DNA of 37,172 bases from NCBI GenBank assembly GCA_035389045.1, contig DAOORA010000043.1, positions 1 through 37,172 on the forward strand. The letters run 5' to 3'. Source of the DNA: Bacteroidales bacterium. GTDB lineage: Bacteria > Bacteroidota > Bacteroidia > Bacteroidales > CAIWKO01. Each line of letters begins with the position of its first letter. The first letter of the stretch is position 1. Below are positions 1 to 9,059 of this stretch, piece after piece. The translations under genes were made by a program, and so were the position numbers. The notes below the pieces were generated by a model. It was not told the DNA's origin. It did no database searches and worked only from the letters and a program-made list of their open reading frames with translations.

Positions 1-98
1 AAATTTGAAACGAATGGAAAATTAATTAATTTTATGGACGGGTTGACACGGCAGGACGGATAAAAACCCGCCCGCTGCAAAGCCCCGGAACGTTATGC
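1..98 (+). repeat. attC-like site, right arm only (left arm outside window)
   Basis: Ends ...GCAAAGCCCCGGAAC-GTTATGC (core at 92-98), 20 nt before the ATG at 119. GTTATGCAAC (92-101) is the exact reverse complement of GTTGCATAAC (1018-1027) after the gene. Confidence 0.65.
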
Positions 99-118
99 AA
101 CATTAAAAAAATAAAACC

Positions 119-976
119 ATGAAGACAAAATTTTACTTTTTCGGACTGGTGTTTTTCCTAATATCGATCATTTGTAAATCACAGGGCTTTTCATGCGACA
201 GTGCAACATTAATTTGTACTGGACAGCCTGTTAATATAAGTGCTGGTTCTCTTGTTGACAGTTCAGAAATAGGCCCAAATTATGGTTGTCTGTATGGACC
301 CCAACCTAATTTTTCATGGTTTTATATGAAGATTCTTAATCCAGGAAACCTTTCTCTTGAAATAACATGCACGCCATCGTATAATCTTAATTTTGTTTGC
401 TGGGGACCTTTTACCTCACTTACAACACCATGTGTTGCACAACTAACAGCAGGTACTTATACGCCCACTCATGGCTCTCCGGGTCCAAGTGTATGGTATC
501 CAACACTGAACATGATCGATTGCAGTAGTAGTGCTTCATTTGGTGAATTTTGTTATATCCCAAATGGAATAACAGGTCAATATTATATTATGATGATATC
601 AAGAACCACCCCTGATGTCTGTACAGTTACTCTTACCCAAAACAATGGTTTTGGAACTCTGGATTGCACTCCTGTGACTATTGATGAAGAAAATATTAGT
701 CAAATAAATAAAAATGTTTCATTAAAAAATATTCCTAATCCTTTTAACGATAAGACAAGTTTCACTTTTTCCGTACCTTATAATACTAATGCAAAACTTG
801 ACATATTTGATATTAATGGCAGACACATTAAAAGAATATTTGACAATGAAGTTCATAAAGACAAGGAATATATTATTGAATTTTCTTCAGAAAACTGTGC
901 AAATGGGTTTTATATTTATCGTCTGAAAACTAATGATAATACATATTTTAGAAAAGCAATAGTCGTCAAGAATTAA
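119..976 (+). CDS. T9SS type A sorting domain protein with Cys-rich N-terminal domain (putative cassette 1)
   Basis: Signal peptide; Cys-rich GPNYGCL..P.FSWFY..CWGPF domain; C-terminal IPNPFN..LDIFDINGR..NGFYIYRL..KAIVVK typical of the Por secretion tail. Confidence 0.85.
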   Translation: MKTKFYFFGLVFFLISIICKSQGFSCDSATLICTGQPVNISAGSLVDSSEIGPNYGCLYGPQPNFSWFYMKILNPGNLSLEITCTPSYNLNFVCWGPFTSLTTPCVAQLTAGTYTPTHGSPGPSVWYPTLNMIDCSSSASFGEFCYIPNGITGQYYIMMISRTTPDVCTVTLTQNNGFGTLDCTPVTIDEENISQINKNVSLKNIPNPFNDKTSFTFSVPYNTNAKLDIFDINGRHIKRIFDNEVHKDKEYIIEFSSENCANGFYIYRLKTNDNTYFRKAIVVKN

Positions 977-1020
977 TTTCACTCTGACACGACATGATTA
1001 AAAAAAACAAAATTAACGTT

Positions 1021-1153
1021 GCATAACTTGTGTCTGCTTTCACCCCGCAGGAAAGGCAAACATGACAGTTCGGGAACATTTTGAAAACTATGAGTATTTT
1101 GACAGGAAATGTTATTAAATTGCGGGGCGAAAAGCAGCCACCGACCGTTGTCC
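1021..1153 (+). repeat. attC-like recombination site (133 bp)
   Basis: R'' GCATAAC 1021-1027; arm GTGTCTGCTTTCACCCCGCA 1030-1049 pairs imperfectly with TGCGGGGCGAAAAGCAGCCAC 1121-1141; core GTTGTCC 1147-1153. Confidence 0.75.
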
Positions 1154-1258
1154 GCAATTTGGCGACTAAGGTTTCCTATTTTCACCTTCGTACATACCTG
1201 CACTGGGCAAAGTCGAAGGGAGAAACTTTTACTCTCTGGAAAATCACATACCTGTTTC

Positions 1259-1289
1259 TTTGGTTCTATAAAATAAATTTGTATTTTTG
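1259..1289 (+). promoter_or_regulatory. Bacteroidota sigma70 promoter for the M4 peptidase
   Basis: TTTG (1259-1262)-N19-TATTTTTG (1282-1289) fits TTTG-N19-21-TAnnTTTG. The region is AT-rich, so a chance match is possible. Confidence 0.45.
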
Positions 1290-1354
1290 AAATTTCTATT
1301 GAGCTTCGAAACAGGTTAGCAAAAAGTTCCAATAATGAATACCATAAATATATA

Positions 1355-3895
1355 ATGAATAAGATAAAAAAAACAGTGTATGCATGTGTTTTAATAATAC
1401 TATTCATAGTAATTGGTCTTTTTAACTCCATGTCTCAAACTTATTCAGGCAAAGAAGCGGAAAAAATTATAGCAGGCTCAAGTTATGTGTGTATAAATAA
1501 TATTTTAAAAACTCCTGCTTATATCAGTTTTAAGAAAAACAAAGAAATACCTTTTATTGAATTTGGCAATTGGATGAGAAATAATATTGGATTATCTGAT
1601 GATTTGTCATTCAGATTAGTAAACAAAGAAACGGATAAATTCAGATATATCCATTATCGTATGCAACAGCTATATAAAGGTATTCCGGTTGAATTTTCAT
1701 ACATTATTGTTCACACTTTCGAAAATAAAATTATTTCCTTTAATGGTACTATTATTAAATCATTATCAGTTCCGGTAAATTCTGCAATAGATATCAATGA
1801 AGCCTCTGCAATATCACTTAAATATTGTTTTGGAAATGACTATAATCAATTCAAGAACTGTTGCATTCAGGCAGTTGATTCAATTGTTATCATTCCCGAA
1901 AAACTAAATTTTAAAACGAACTCAGAACATAGTTTATCATATAAATTAGATGTTTATTCAAAATCTCCTTTAAAACGTATGTTTGTCTATATTGATGCCA
2001 TAACTGGGGAAGTACAAGGTGCCATTAACAGAATTCAAACAAATGATACGACTGGAATTGCTAATACTTTTTACAGTGGTTCACAATCCATAAAAACTAA
2101 TTTCACAGGAACTGAATTTATCCTCCGTGAATCTGGAAGAGGTAATGGAATTAATACAATGGATTACAATTTTAACCAGGGTAGTCCGATTGATTTCACC
2201 GATGATGACAATTACTGGAACAATATCAACCCACAGCACGACGAAGTAGCTACAGATGCACACTGGGCCGCAGAACAAACTTATGATTATTTTTTATCAA
2301 AATTTGCAAGAAACAGTATTGACAATAATGGATACGCAATTAATAGCTATGTACATTATGGATTAAATTACAATAATGCCTTCTGGGATGGTGAAAATGT
2401 ATTTTTTGGAGATGGGTCTGGGACAAACACAGCTTGGGTAACCGTTGATGTGTGTGCACATGAAATCACTCATGGATTAAACACCAAAACTGCTTCCCTG
2501 ATTTATACTGATGAACCAGGCGCTTTAAACGAAGGCTTCTGTGATATTTTCGGAACATGTATCGAATTTTATGCAAAGCCAGCAGCTGCAAACTGGCTGT
2601 TTGCAGATGAAATTGGCACCACGTCCAGATCACTCAGTAATCCAAAATCATTGGGTTACCCTGATACTTACCAGGGACAGTATTGGGATTATTTGAACGA
2701 AGTTCACAAAAACTCAACTGTTCTTAGTCACTGGTTTTATTTACTTTCACAAGGTGGAAGTGGTACAAATGATTTAGGAAATAATTACTCTGTGACAGGT
2801 ATTGGTATGGATAAAGCAGCTGAGATTGCATATCGCACTTTAACAATTTATCTGTTACCACTGTCAAATTATAACGATATGCGTTTTTATTCAATACTTG
2901 CTACAAGTGATCTTTTCGGAGCTTGTTCTGATGAATCACAAGCTGTAATAAATGCATGGTATGCTGTTGGAATTGATAGCGCATTTACAAATCAGGTAGA
3001 AAGTGATTTCGTATCTCCTTATACAACATCATGTCAAATCCCTGCATCTATCTCATTTATTAACCTTTCTTTAAACTCAGATTCGTGCTTATGGGACTTT
3101 GGAGACGGAACTTTTAGTAATGAAATGAATCCTGTTCATATTTATAACTCATTCGGAGATTACAATATTAAATTAATTGCATATGGTAATAATTACTGTA
3201 TAAACAATGACACGATCATAAAAAACAATAATATTCAGATATTACCATCTGCACCATGTATTGCAAGAATGCCGGAAACCGGAACCGGGGAAACCCAGAT
3301 TTCGTGTAATGGAGTACTCTTTGATAGTGGCTTAGCAGGGTATTATCAATCTGACACGCGCAGCACAATTACAATATCGCCTGTTAATGCAGCAAATGTA
3401 ACATTGACTTTTGAAGAATTTAATTTTGAAGCTGTTTATTGGGAAATATTGATGATTGCTATGAAAGACTCCTTAATAATTTTTGACGGACCAGATACGC
3501 TAAGCCCTGTTTTATCTACCTTATCAGGCAATACTATTCCTTTACCAATAGTCTCTACAGGAAATGCTATAACAATTCTTCAAGCCACAAATTCAACTGA
3601 AAACAGACCTGGTTTCAAACTCAGATGGGATTGTTCATTAAATTCCAATCTCGCAGAGTTGACCAATTCAAACTATTATTCAATATTCCCAAATCCTGCA
3701 CAGGATTATGTAATATTGTCCTTACCACTGCAATCAACCATCGAAATTTATGATGCGCAAAACAGAATGTTAAAATCTTTGCTATCATCAGAGGAAAATA
3801 TCAAATTAGATTTATCAGGTTTCCCAAAAGGATTATATTTAATAAAAATAATATCGGCGCATACCATTGTAATAAAAAAATTAATTAAATTGTAA
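1355..3895 (+). CDS. M4 (thermolysin-like) metallopeptidase with propeptide, PKD, CUB-like and T9SS type A domains (putative cassette 2)
   Basis: NNAFWDG, HEITH zinc motif, GALNEGFCD, VHKNS; PKD WDFGDG; DSG..Y CUB-like segment; IFPNPA..KGLYLIKI..KKLIKL CTD. Confidence 0.93.
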   Translation: MNKIKKTVYACVLIILFIVIGLFNSMSQTYSGKEAEKIIAGSSYVCINNILKTPAYISFKKNKEIPFIEFGNWMRNNIGLSDDLSFRLVNKETDKFRYIHYRMQQLYKGIPVEFSYIIVHTFENKIISFNGTIIKSLSVPVNSAIDINEASAISLKYCFGNDYNQFKNCCIQAVDSIVIIPEKLNFKTNSEHSLSYKLDVYSKSPLKRMFVYIDAITGEVQGAINRIQTNDTTGIANTFYSGSQSIKTNFTGTEFILRESGRGNGINTMDYNFNQGSPIDFTDDDNYWNNINPQHDEVATDAHWAAEQTYDYFLSKFARNSIDNNGYAINSYVHYGLNYNNAFWDGENVFFGDGSGTNTAWVTVDVCAHEITHGLNTKTASLIYTDEPGALNEGFCDIFGTCIEFYAKPAAANWLFADEIGTTSRSLSNPKSLGYPDTYQGQYWDYLNEVHKNSTVLSHWFYLLSQGGSGTNDLGNNYSVTGIGMDKAAEIAYRTLTIYLLPLSNYNDMRFYSILATSDLFGACSDESQAVINAWYAVGIDSAFTNQVESDFVSPYTTSCQIPASISFINLSLNSDSCLWDFGDGTFSNEMNPVHIYNSFGDYNIKLIAYGNNYCINNDTIIKNNNIQILPSAPCIARMPETGTGETQISCNGVLFDSGLAGYYQSDTRSTITISPVNAANVTLTFEEFNFEAVYWEILMIAMKDSLIIFDGPDTLSPVLSTLSGNTIPLPIVSTGNAITILQATNSTENRPGFKLRWDCSLNSNLAELTNSNYYSIFPNPAQDYVILSLPLQSTIEIYDAQNRMLKSLLSSEENIKLDLSGFPKGLYLIKIISAHTIVIKKLIKL

Positions 3896-3925
3896 AAGAT
3901 TAATACACAACGTGAATCCAGGTCT

Positions 3926-4010
3926 CTCAGCAGCTAATCAAATAAGCTGCCCTACCGGCTAAGCCGGTAAGGAAAACCTTTCACGGTTTCTCTGAGTTTA
4001 TCGAAGTGCC
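3926..4010. repeat. Cluster of hairpins ending in a REP-like motif
   Basis: GCAGCT/AGCTGC (3930-3950), TACCGGC/GCCGGTA (3953-3969) and AAACC/GGTTT (3974-3989), enclosed by CTCA/TGAG. 3990-4010 reverse-complements to GGCACTTCGATAAACTCAGAG, similar to 33383-33403. Confidence 0.5.
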
Positions 4011-4179
4011 AATGTATGCCGATGTGCATCGCTGTCCAAAAAAATTATGTATTTTTACATGACAGGTAAAAATACTACGTCATATAATATTACAACGTTT
4101 CAGACGTTTTTTTTTGTACCCTGCTTCAAAAAAAATCGGGTATAAAATTTGATATAAAAAACGCCAAAAATTCTGAGTT

Positions 4180-5628
4180 ATGAAAAAAACAGTTATAACA
4201 ATTGCTATTGCAGTATTATCAAGCCTTGCAACCATTTTTGCCTTCAGGTTTGCCGACAAAAAGAATTATGATATTCAGACGTATTATCAAAACCAGGCTC
4301 CCGTTCAAACTGTCAGTATGTCAGGCAGGGTCCCCACCACCGGCCCTGATTTTGTATTAGCCGCTGAAAAAACGATTCATGCTGTTGTTCATATACAGAC
4401 ACAGTATAATTACAAAAATTCCTATTACGACCAGTTTTTCGGGTATGACCCGTTTTTCAATTTCTTCAATCAGCGGAGATACAACAACCAGCCGATAATG
4501 ACCTCAGGGTCAGGTGTTCTGATCGCCGAGAACGGCTATATTGTCACAAACAATCATGTGGTGAGCGATGCCAGTAAAATCGAAGTGACACTCAACGACA
4601 AGAGAACTTTTGAGGCCAAACTCATCGGCTCAGATGCCGGTACAGACCTTGCACTGATCAAAATAGAAGGTACTGACCTGCCTTACATTACTTATGGTAA
4701 TTCGGATAATGTAAAAATCGGCGAATGGGTGCTGGCCGTAGGGAACCCTTTCAACCTTGCATCTACAGTAACTGCAGGCATCGTCAGTGCAAAAGCCAGG
4801 GATATAAACATCTGGGGAAATAATTCCACCGTGGAGTCATTCATTCAGACCGATGCGGCCATCAATCCGGGCAACAGCGGCGGGGCGCTGGTGGATGTTA
4901 ACGGGCAACTGATCGGTATCAATGCCGCTATTGCAAGCAACACCGGATCGTACACCGGCTACTCCTTTGCCATACCATCGAACATCGTAAAAAAAGTGAT
5001 TTCGGATATTCTGGAATACGGTGAAGTCCAGCGTGCTTTTATGGGCATCTCCTTCACCGATATCGACAGCAAACTGGCCACTGCACAGAAACTCAAAAAT
5101 CTTAACGGGGTTTATGTAGAATCGGTCAACAGGGGCGGCGCCGCCGAAAAAGCCGGCATACTGAAAGGGGATATTATCACTAAGATCAACGACAATAATG
5201 TAAACAGTTCGTCTGAGCTGAAAGAAATGATCGTCCGCCAGCGTCCGGGCGATAAGATCAATGTCTCAGTGATGAGGGGCGACACGGAAAAACAGTTCAC
5301 GCTGACCTTCGAAAACAGCGAAGGCGGAACGGCCATACTCACCGACGAAAACAGCAGCGGCACAGTGCTTGGAGCAACCCTGCAGGAAATCAGCGATAAA
5401 GAAAAAATAAATCTCGGCATCAGAAACGGAGTAAAAATCATTAAGCTGGAAAGAGGCAAATTATCAGGAGCAGGAATAAAAGAAGGCCTGATCATTACCC
5501 GTATCGACAACCAGCAGGTAAAAACCGCAAACGATGTGGTAAGCCTATTGAGCAACAAGAGAGGCACCGTGCTGATCGAAGGCGTTTACACCAATGGCAT
5601 GCAGGCCTATTTTTCGTTCGGGCTGTAA
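4180..5628 (+). CDS. degP: Do/HtrA family serine endopeptidase with two PDZ domains
   Basis: TNNHVV, DLALIK, QTDAAINPGNSGG catalytic triad motifs; two PDZ-like domains. DegP vs DegQ not resolvable by eye. Confidence 0.92.
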   Translation: MKKTVITIAIAVLSSLATIFAFRFADKKNYDIQTYYQNQAPVQTVSMSGRVPTTGPDFVLAAEKTIHAVVHIQTQYNYKNSYYDQFFGYDPFFNFFNQRRYNNQPIMTSGSGVLIAENGYIVTNNHVVSDASKIEVTLNDKRTFEAKLIGSDAGTDLALIKIEGTDLPYITYGNSDNVKIGEWVLAVGNPFNLASTVTAGIVSAKARDINIWGNNSTVESFIQTDAAINPGNSGGALVDVNGQLIGINAAIASNTGSYTGYSFAIPSNIVKKVISDILEYGEVQRAFMGISFTDIDSKLATAQKLKNLNGVYVESVNRGGAAEKAGILKGDIITKINDNNVNSSSELKEMIVRQRPGDKINVSVMRGDTEKQFTLTFENSEGGTAILTDENSSGTVLGATLQEISDKEKINLGIRNGVKIIKLERGKLSGAGIKEGLIITRIDNQQVKTANDVVSLLSNKRGTVLIEGVYTNGMQAYFSFGL

Positions 5629-5683
5629 CCTAAGCCCGGACTTTTTCGTAAGACCCCCCGATTAAACACAAGCAAAAAAATAT

Positions 5684-5714
5684 TTTGCAGATACAAAAAA
5701 AAATTGTACATTTG
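5684..5714 (+). promoter_or_regulatory. sigma70 promoter of rpoD
   Basis: TTTG (5684-5687)-N19-TACATTTG (5707-5714). Confidence 0.7.
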
Positions 5715-5780
5715 TACCCGTTTCCCATTTTATAAAGTAAATTACTGAATTTCAGGAGATTATTAACCAATCTTGTCAGA

Positions 5781-6647
5781 ATGAGACAATTAAAGATTAC
5801 CAAATCAATTACAAACAGGGAAACAGCCTCCCTGGATAAATATTTACAGGAGATCGGACGCGAAGAGCTTATCACAGCTGATGAGGAAGTAAAACTTGCA
5901 CAGCAGATCAAAGCCGGAAACCAGGAAGCCCTGGAAAAACTCACCAAAGCAAATCTCCGTTTTGTAGTGTCGGTGGCCAAGCAATATCAAAATCAGGGAT
6001 TAAGCCTTCCCGATCTTATCAACGAAGGAAATCTGGGCTTGATCAAAGCCGCCAAACGTTTTGATGAAACAAGAGGTTTTAAGTTTATTTCATACGCCGT
6101 ATGGTGGATACGCCAGTCCATATTGCAAGCCCTTGCCGAACAATCCAGGATAGTGCGCCTTCCGCTGAACCAGGTAGGCTCTCTGAACAGGATATCCAAA
6201 GAATTATCACGTCTGGAACAAAAATTTGAACGTCCTCCCCTGCCCGATGAGTTAGCCGAATCACTCGATATCCCCCAGGAAAAGATTAACGCGGTGATGA
6301 AAATATCAACACGGCATGTATCTATGGATGCTCCTCTTGCTCAGGACGAAGAAACAAAATTTATTGATGTATACATGAGTGAAGACGGTGTGAACACCGA
6401 TACCAACCTCATGTATGAATCGCTTTCACGCGAAATACAACGTTCCTTATCCACGCTGACCGATAAAGAACGTGATGTCATCAACCTGTATTTCGGGCTG
6501 GGAATGAACCACGGACTAACCCTGGAGGAAATTGCGGTAAAGTTTGACCTTACCCGTGAACGCGTACGTCAGATCAAAGAAAAAGCAATACGCCGGCTGA
6601 AACACACCTCTCGGAGTAAACTGCTCAAAGCTTACCTCGGACAGTAA
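5781..6647 (+). CDS. rpoD: Primary RNA polymerase sigma factor (Bacteroidota type, lacks region 1.1)
   Basis: [14 protein letters not shown] start, [42 protein letters not shown]. Confidence 0.96.
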   Translation: MRQLKITKSITNRETASLDKYLQEIGREELITADEEVKLAQQIKAGNQEALEKLTKANLRFVVSVAKQYQNQGLSLPDLINEGNLGLIKAAKRFDETRGFKFISYAVWWIRQSILQALAEQSRIVRLPLNQVGSLNRISKELSRLEQKFERPPLPDELAESLDIPQEKINAVMKISTRHVSMDAPLAQDEETKFIDVYMSEDGVNTDTNLMYESLSREIQRSLSTLTDKERDVINLYFGLGMNHGLTLEEIAVKFDLTRERVRQIKEKAIRRLKHTSRSKLLKAYLGQ

Positions 6648-6702
6648 AAGATTTTACAAACCTCTGCAAACGGAGATTTCATTCAGTTATATCGCTGAAT
6701 CT

Positions 6703-7365
6703 TTAGTTTGTGTACCTGGCTAAAGGAGTAATACCGCCTTTGACCTTATCTTTGATCTTTACCAGTATCTCAGTGTTCAAGGGTAACAAAATATCCACCC
6801 GTGACCCGAATTTGATAAAACCAAGTTCTCCGGTTTGTTCCACTTTCATACGTTCTTCAGCATAGCATACGATACGCCTTGCCACAAAACCTGCGATCTG
6901 CCGTATCAGTATCGGCTCTCTGCCTTCGGGTTTGATGATGGTGGTAGTTTGTTCGTTCATATACGAGGACTTTGGCTTACGCGCAACAAAATAACGGCCG
7001 TAATAATCTTCTGTCTTAATGATTTCGCCGCTCACGGGAAAAAAGTTCACATGAACATTATTGAGCGACATGAATACCGAAACCTGTATTCGTTTTTCAT
7101 TCAGGTATTTATCTTCATCAATTTCTTCAATGGCCACTACCACTCCGTCGGCGCCGGATAAGATCAGGTCGGGTTTTTTGACATATTCGCGTGCCGGCAC
7201 CCTGAAAAAACGTACGATGATCACATAAAAAACAAAAGAAGCTGCCAGGATCAGAATTTTAAACCACAAATACCCATCCAGCAGCATAAAAAGCGGGAAA
7301 TTGATCAAAACAAACAGTGCCAGAGCAACCAGAATTATTCGTTTACCTTCTCGGTGTAGTTTCAT
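6703..7365 (-). CDS. psd: Phosphatidylserine decarboxylase proenzyme
   Basis: FFRVP, SGADG, SVFMS..NVH, RQIAG..ARRI, FGSRVD autocleavage motif. Confidence 0.93.
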   Translation of the reverse strand: MKLHREGKRIILVALALFVLINFPLFMLLDGYLWFKILILAASFVFYVIIVRFFRVPAREYVKKPDLILSGADGVVVAIEEIDEDKYLNEKRIQVSVFMSLNNVHVNFFPVSGEIIKTEDYYGRYFVARKPKSSYMNEQTTTIIKPEGREPILIRQIAGFVARRIVCYAEERMKVEQTGELGFIKFGSRVDILLPLNTEILVKIKDKVKGGITPLARYTN

Positions 7366-7367
7366 AA

Positions 7368-8192
7368 TCAGTTAGTAATAAAAATATTAATATATATATA
7401 AACAAATACAGCAGCAAAAAAAACCCCGTCGAAACGGTCGAGTATACCGCCATGTCCGGGCATGATCGTGCCGGAATCCTTTACGTGCACACTCCGTTTC
7501 AGCAAAGATTCAGCAAGATCGCCGAAAGTGCCGGAAACGACAATTATAAGTGAAATAACGGCCCACTGGTAAAACAACAGGTCTTTAAAAATCAGCGAAA
7601 GAATATAGGCCGCAATAATACCAAAGATCAAAGCGCCGCTATACCCCTCCCATGTTTTACCCGGTGAAATGCGCTCGAAAAGTTTGTGCTTTCCAAAAGC
7701 CGAACCCACAAGATAAGCAACGGTATCCGTTGACCAGGTAATAATGAAAAAACCGAGCAGTATGCGGGGATTGAACGCTTCCTGCGCCTGGAAAGGATAG
7801 TAAAAAAAATTAAGCAGCGCTAAAGGAAACGCAATATAATATACACCCAGAAGTGTCCAGGCAATATTTGAGAATGGGTGTTCCTTTTTCCGGTATAATT
7901 CAATGATAAAGATTATGGCAGAGAGTGGCAGGCAAAGCAGTACATATTTGAATTCGAGATCGTTGTGAGCAAACAACGAAAGGCTCACAAAGATACAGGC
8001 CCCGAGAAAAAGCCCGCTTAATATCTGCGGTTTTATTTTATGATGAGCAGAAAGGCCGTAAAATTCATAGATACCCAACAAGGCAATGGCCAGGAAAACC
8101 AACATGAATGAGTAAACGCTCCAGCAAACTGAACCAACGACAATGGTGATAAAGATCAATCCTGTTATGGTACGGGTAACAATTTTTTTCAC
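7368..8192 (-). CDS. cdsA: Phosphatidate cytidylyltransferase
   Basis: Multi-TM; SPGKTWEG, GDLAESLLKR, KDSG.IMPGHGGILDRFD. Confidence 0.95.
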   Translation of the reverse strand: MKKIVTRTITGLIFITIVVGSVCWSVYSFMLVFLAIALLGIYEFYGLSAHHKIKPQILSGLFLGACIFVSLSLFAHNDLEFKYVLLCLPLSAIIFIIELYRKKEHPFSNIAWTLLGVYYIAFPLALLNFFYYPFQAQEAFNPRILLGFFIITWSTDTVAYLVGSAFGKHKLFERISPGKTWEGYSGALIFGIIAAYILSLIFKDLLFYQWAVISLIIVVSGTFGDLAESLLKRSVHVKDSGTIMPGHGGILDRFDGVFFAAVFVYIYINIFITN

Positions 8193-8392
8193 GAGTTATA
8201 ATTCATTATGAGTGTTTTTGCTTTCATCACATCTTCGCTCATGACATACAATTCGAAATACCCGAAAAGACAAACTGAGTCTCTTTTATTTATGATAAAA
8301 ACTTCAATGTCATGTTCATTCAACATGCCTTTAATGATTTCAGCATCATAATCTTTGTCAGTTGTATAAATGGATACCCGGTTTCCTTCCAT
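8189..8392 (-). CDS. Small DUF2007-like protein
   Basis: AEIIKGML.EHDI..FIINKRDS pattern; stop overlaps the cdsA start; ATG at 8392 preferred over TTG at 8398. Confidence 0.7.
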   Translation of the reverse strand: MEGNRVSIYTTDKDYDAEIIKGMLNEHDIEVFIINKRDSVCLFGYFELYVMSEDVMKAKTLIMNYNS

Positions 8393-8401
8393 CACCAATC
8401 G

Positions 8402-9049
8402 CTAAGGATTTAGATCATCAATAAGGAACAGGTATAGGTCTCTGGGTCCATGAGCGCCCATCACAAGCGTTTTTTCGATATCAGCGGTACGGCTTGGCCC
8501 TGATATAACAGATACCAGTGAGGGGAAGTTCTCTTTGTATTTTTCGGCCATCATGGCCAGAGCTTCGGGCAGGTCCGGAACGATCTGTGAAGCATAAGCC
8601 ACCACAATATGCACATCGGGATATACGATCAGCCTCCGGCCAGAGGCCTGCGCTGACGAAACCATAATACTGCCCAGCCTTGAAACAAGACATTCGCATA
8701 ATGTAATGCCCTGAACAGCCTCGGTAAGTGATTGGGTATCCTCGCTGAAGGGAACAGCGGCTTCAACAAGAAACTTCTTGATTTTGGGCTCAAAACAAAA
8801 CAGATTGTCCCATTTATATTCTTTGGCAAAAGCGCCCAGACTCTCAATAAATTCAGCTTCATCTGCGCAATAAACAAATTTGCCTGCAAGGGCAACAAAT
8901 GCCTTGGCAAATGCTACATCAAGCGAGTCGCCGGACACTTTAAAGACATTTGAAGAAAAATCGATATCTGTAAACGGACAATCGGCCTGATAAATCCCTG
9001 CATTCCGGACATTTTTGAGTACCTTTTCCCGTGAGCTGTATTCTTCCAT
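8402..9049 (-). CDS. LUD domain (LutC/YkgG family) protein
   Basis: ISGPSRTADIEKTLVMGAHGP motif. Confidence 0.9.
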   Translation of the reverse strand: MEEYSSREKVLKNVRNAGIYQADCPFTDIDFSSNVFKVSGDSLDVAFAKAFVALAGKFVYCADEAEFIESLGAFAKEYKWDNLFCFEPKIKKFLVEAAVPFSEDTQSLTEAVQGITLCECLVSRLGSIMVSSAQASGRRLIVYPDVHIVVAYASQIVPDLPEALAMMAEKYKENFPSLVSVISGPSRTADIEKTLVMGAHGPRDLYLFLIDDLNP

Positions 9050-9059
9050 AATTCTCAGT

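Noticed and set aside
1250..1321. Hairpin ACCTGTTTC/GAAACAGGT ending in GTTAGCA as an extra attC
   Set aside because: No AAC-containing R'' and no extended paired arms.
966..1431. ORFs 966-1157(-), 979-1431(-), 1081-1290(+)
   Set aside because: They overlie the attC-like site and the protease leader or start, and show no protein motifs.
3926..3996. Cloverleaf as a tRNA
   Set aside because: No T-loop or D-loop consensus and the closing stem is too short.
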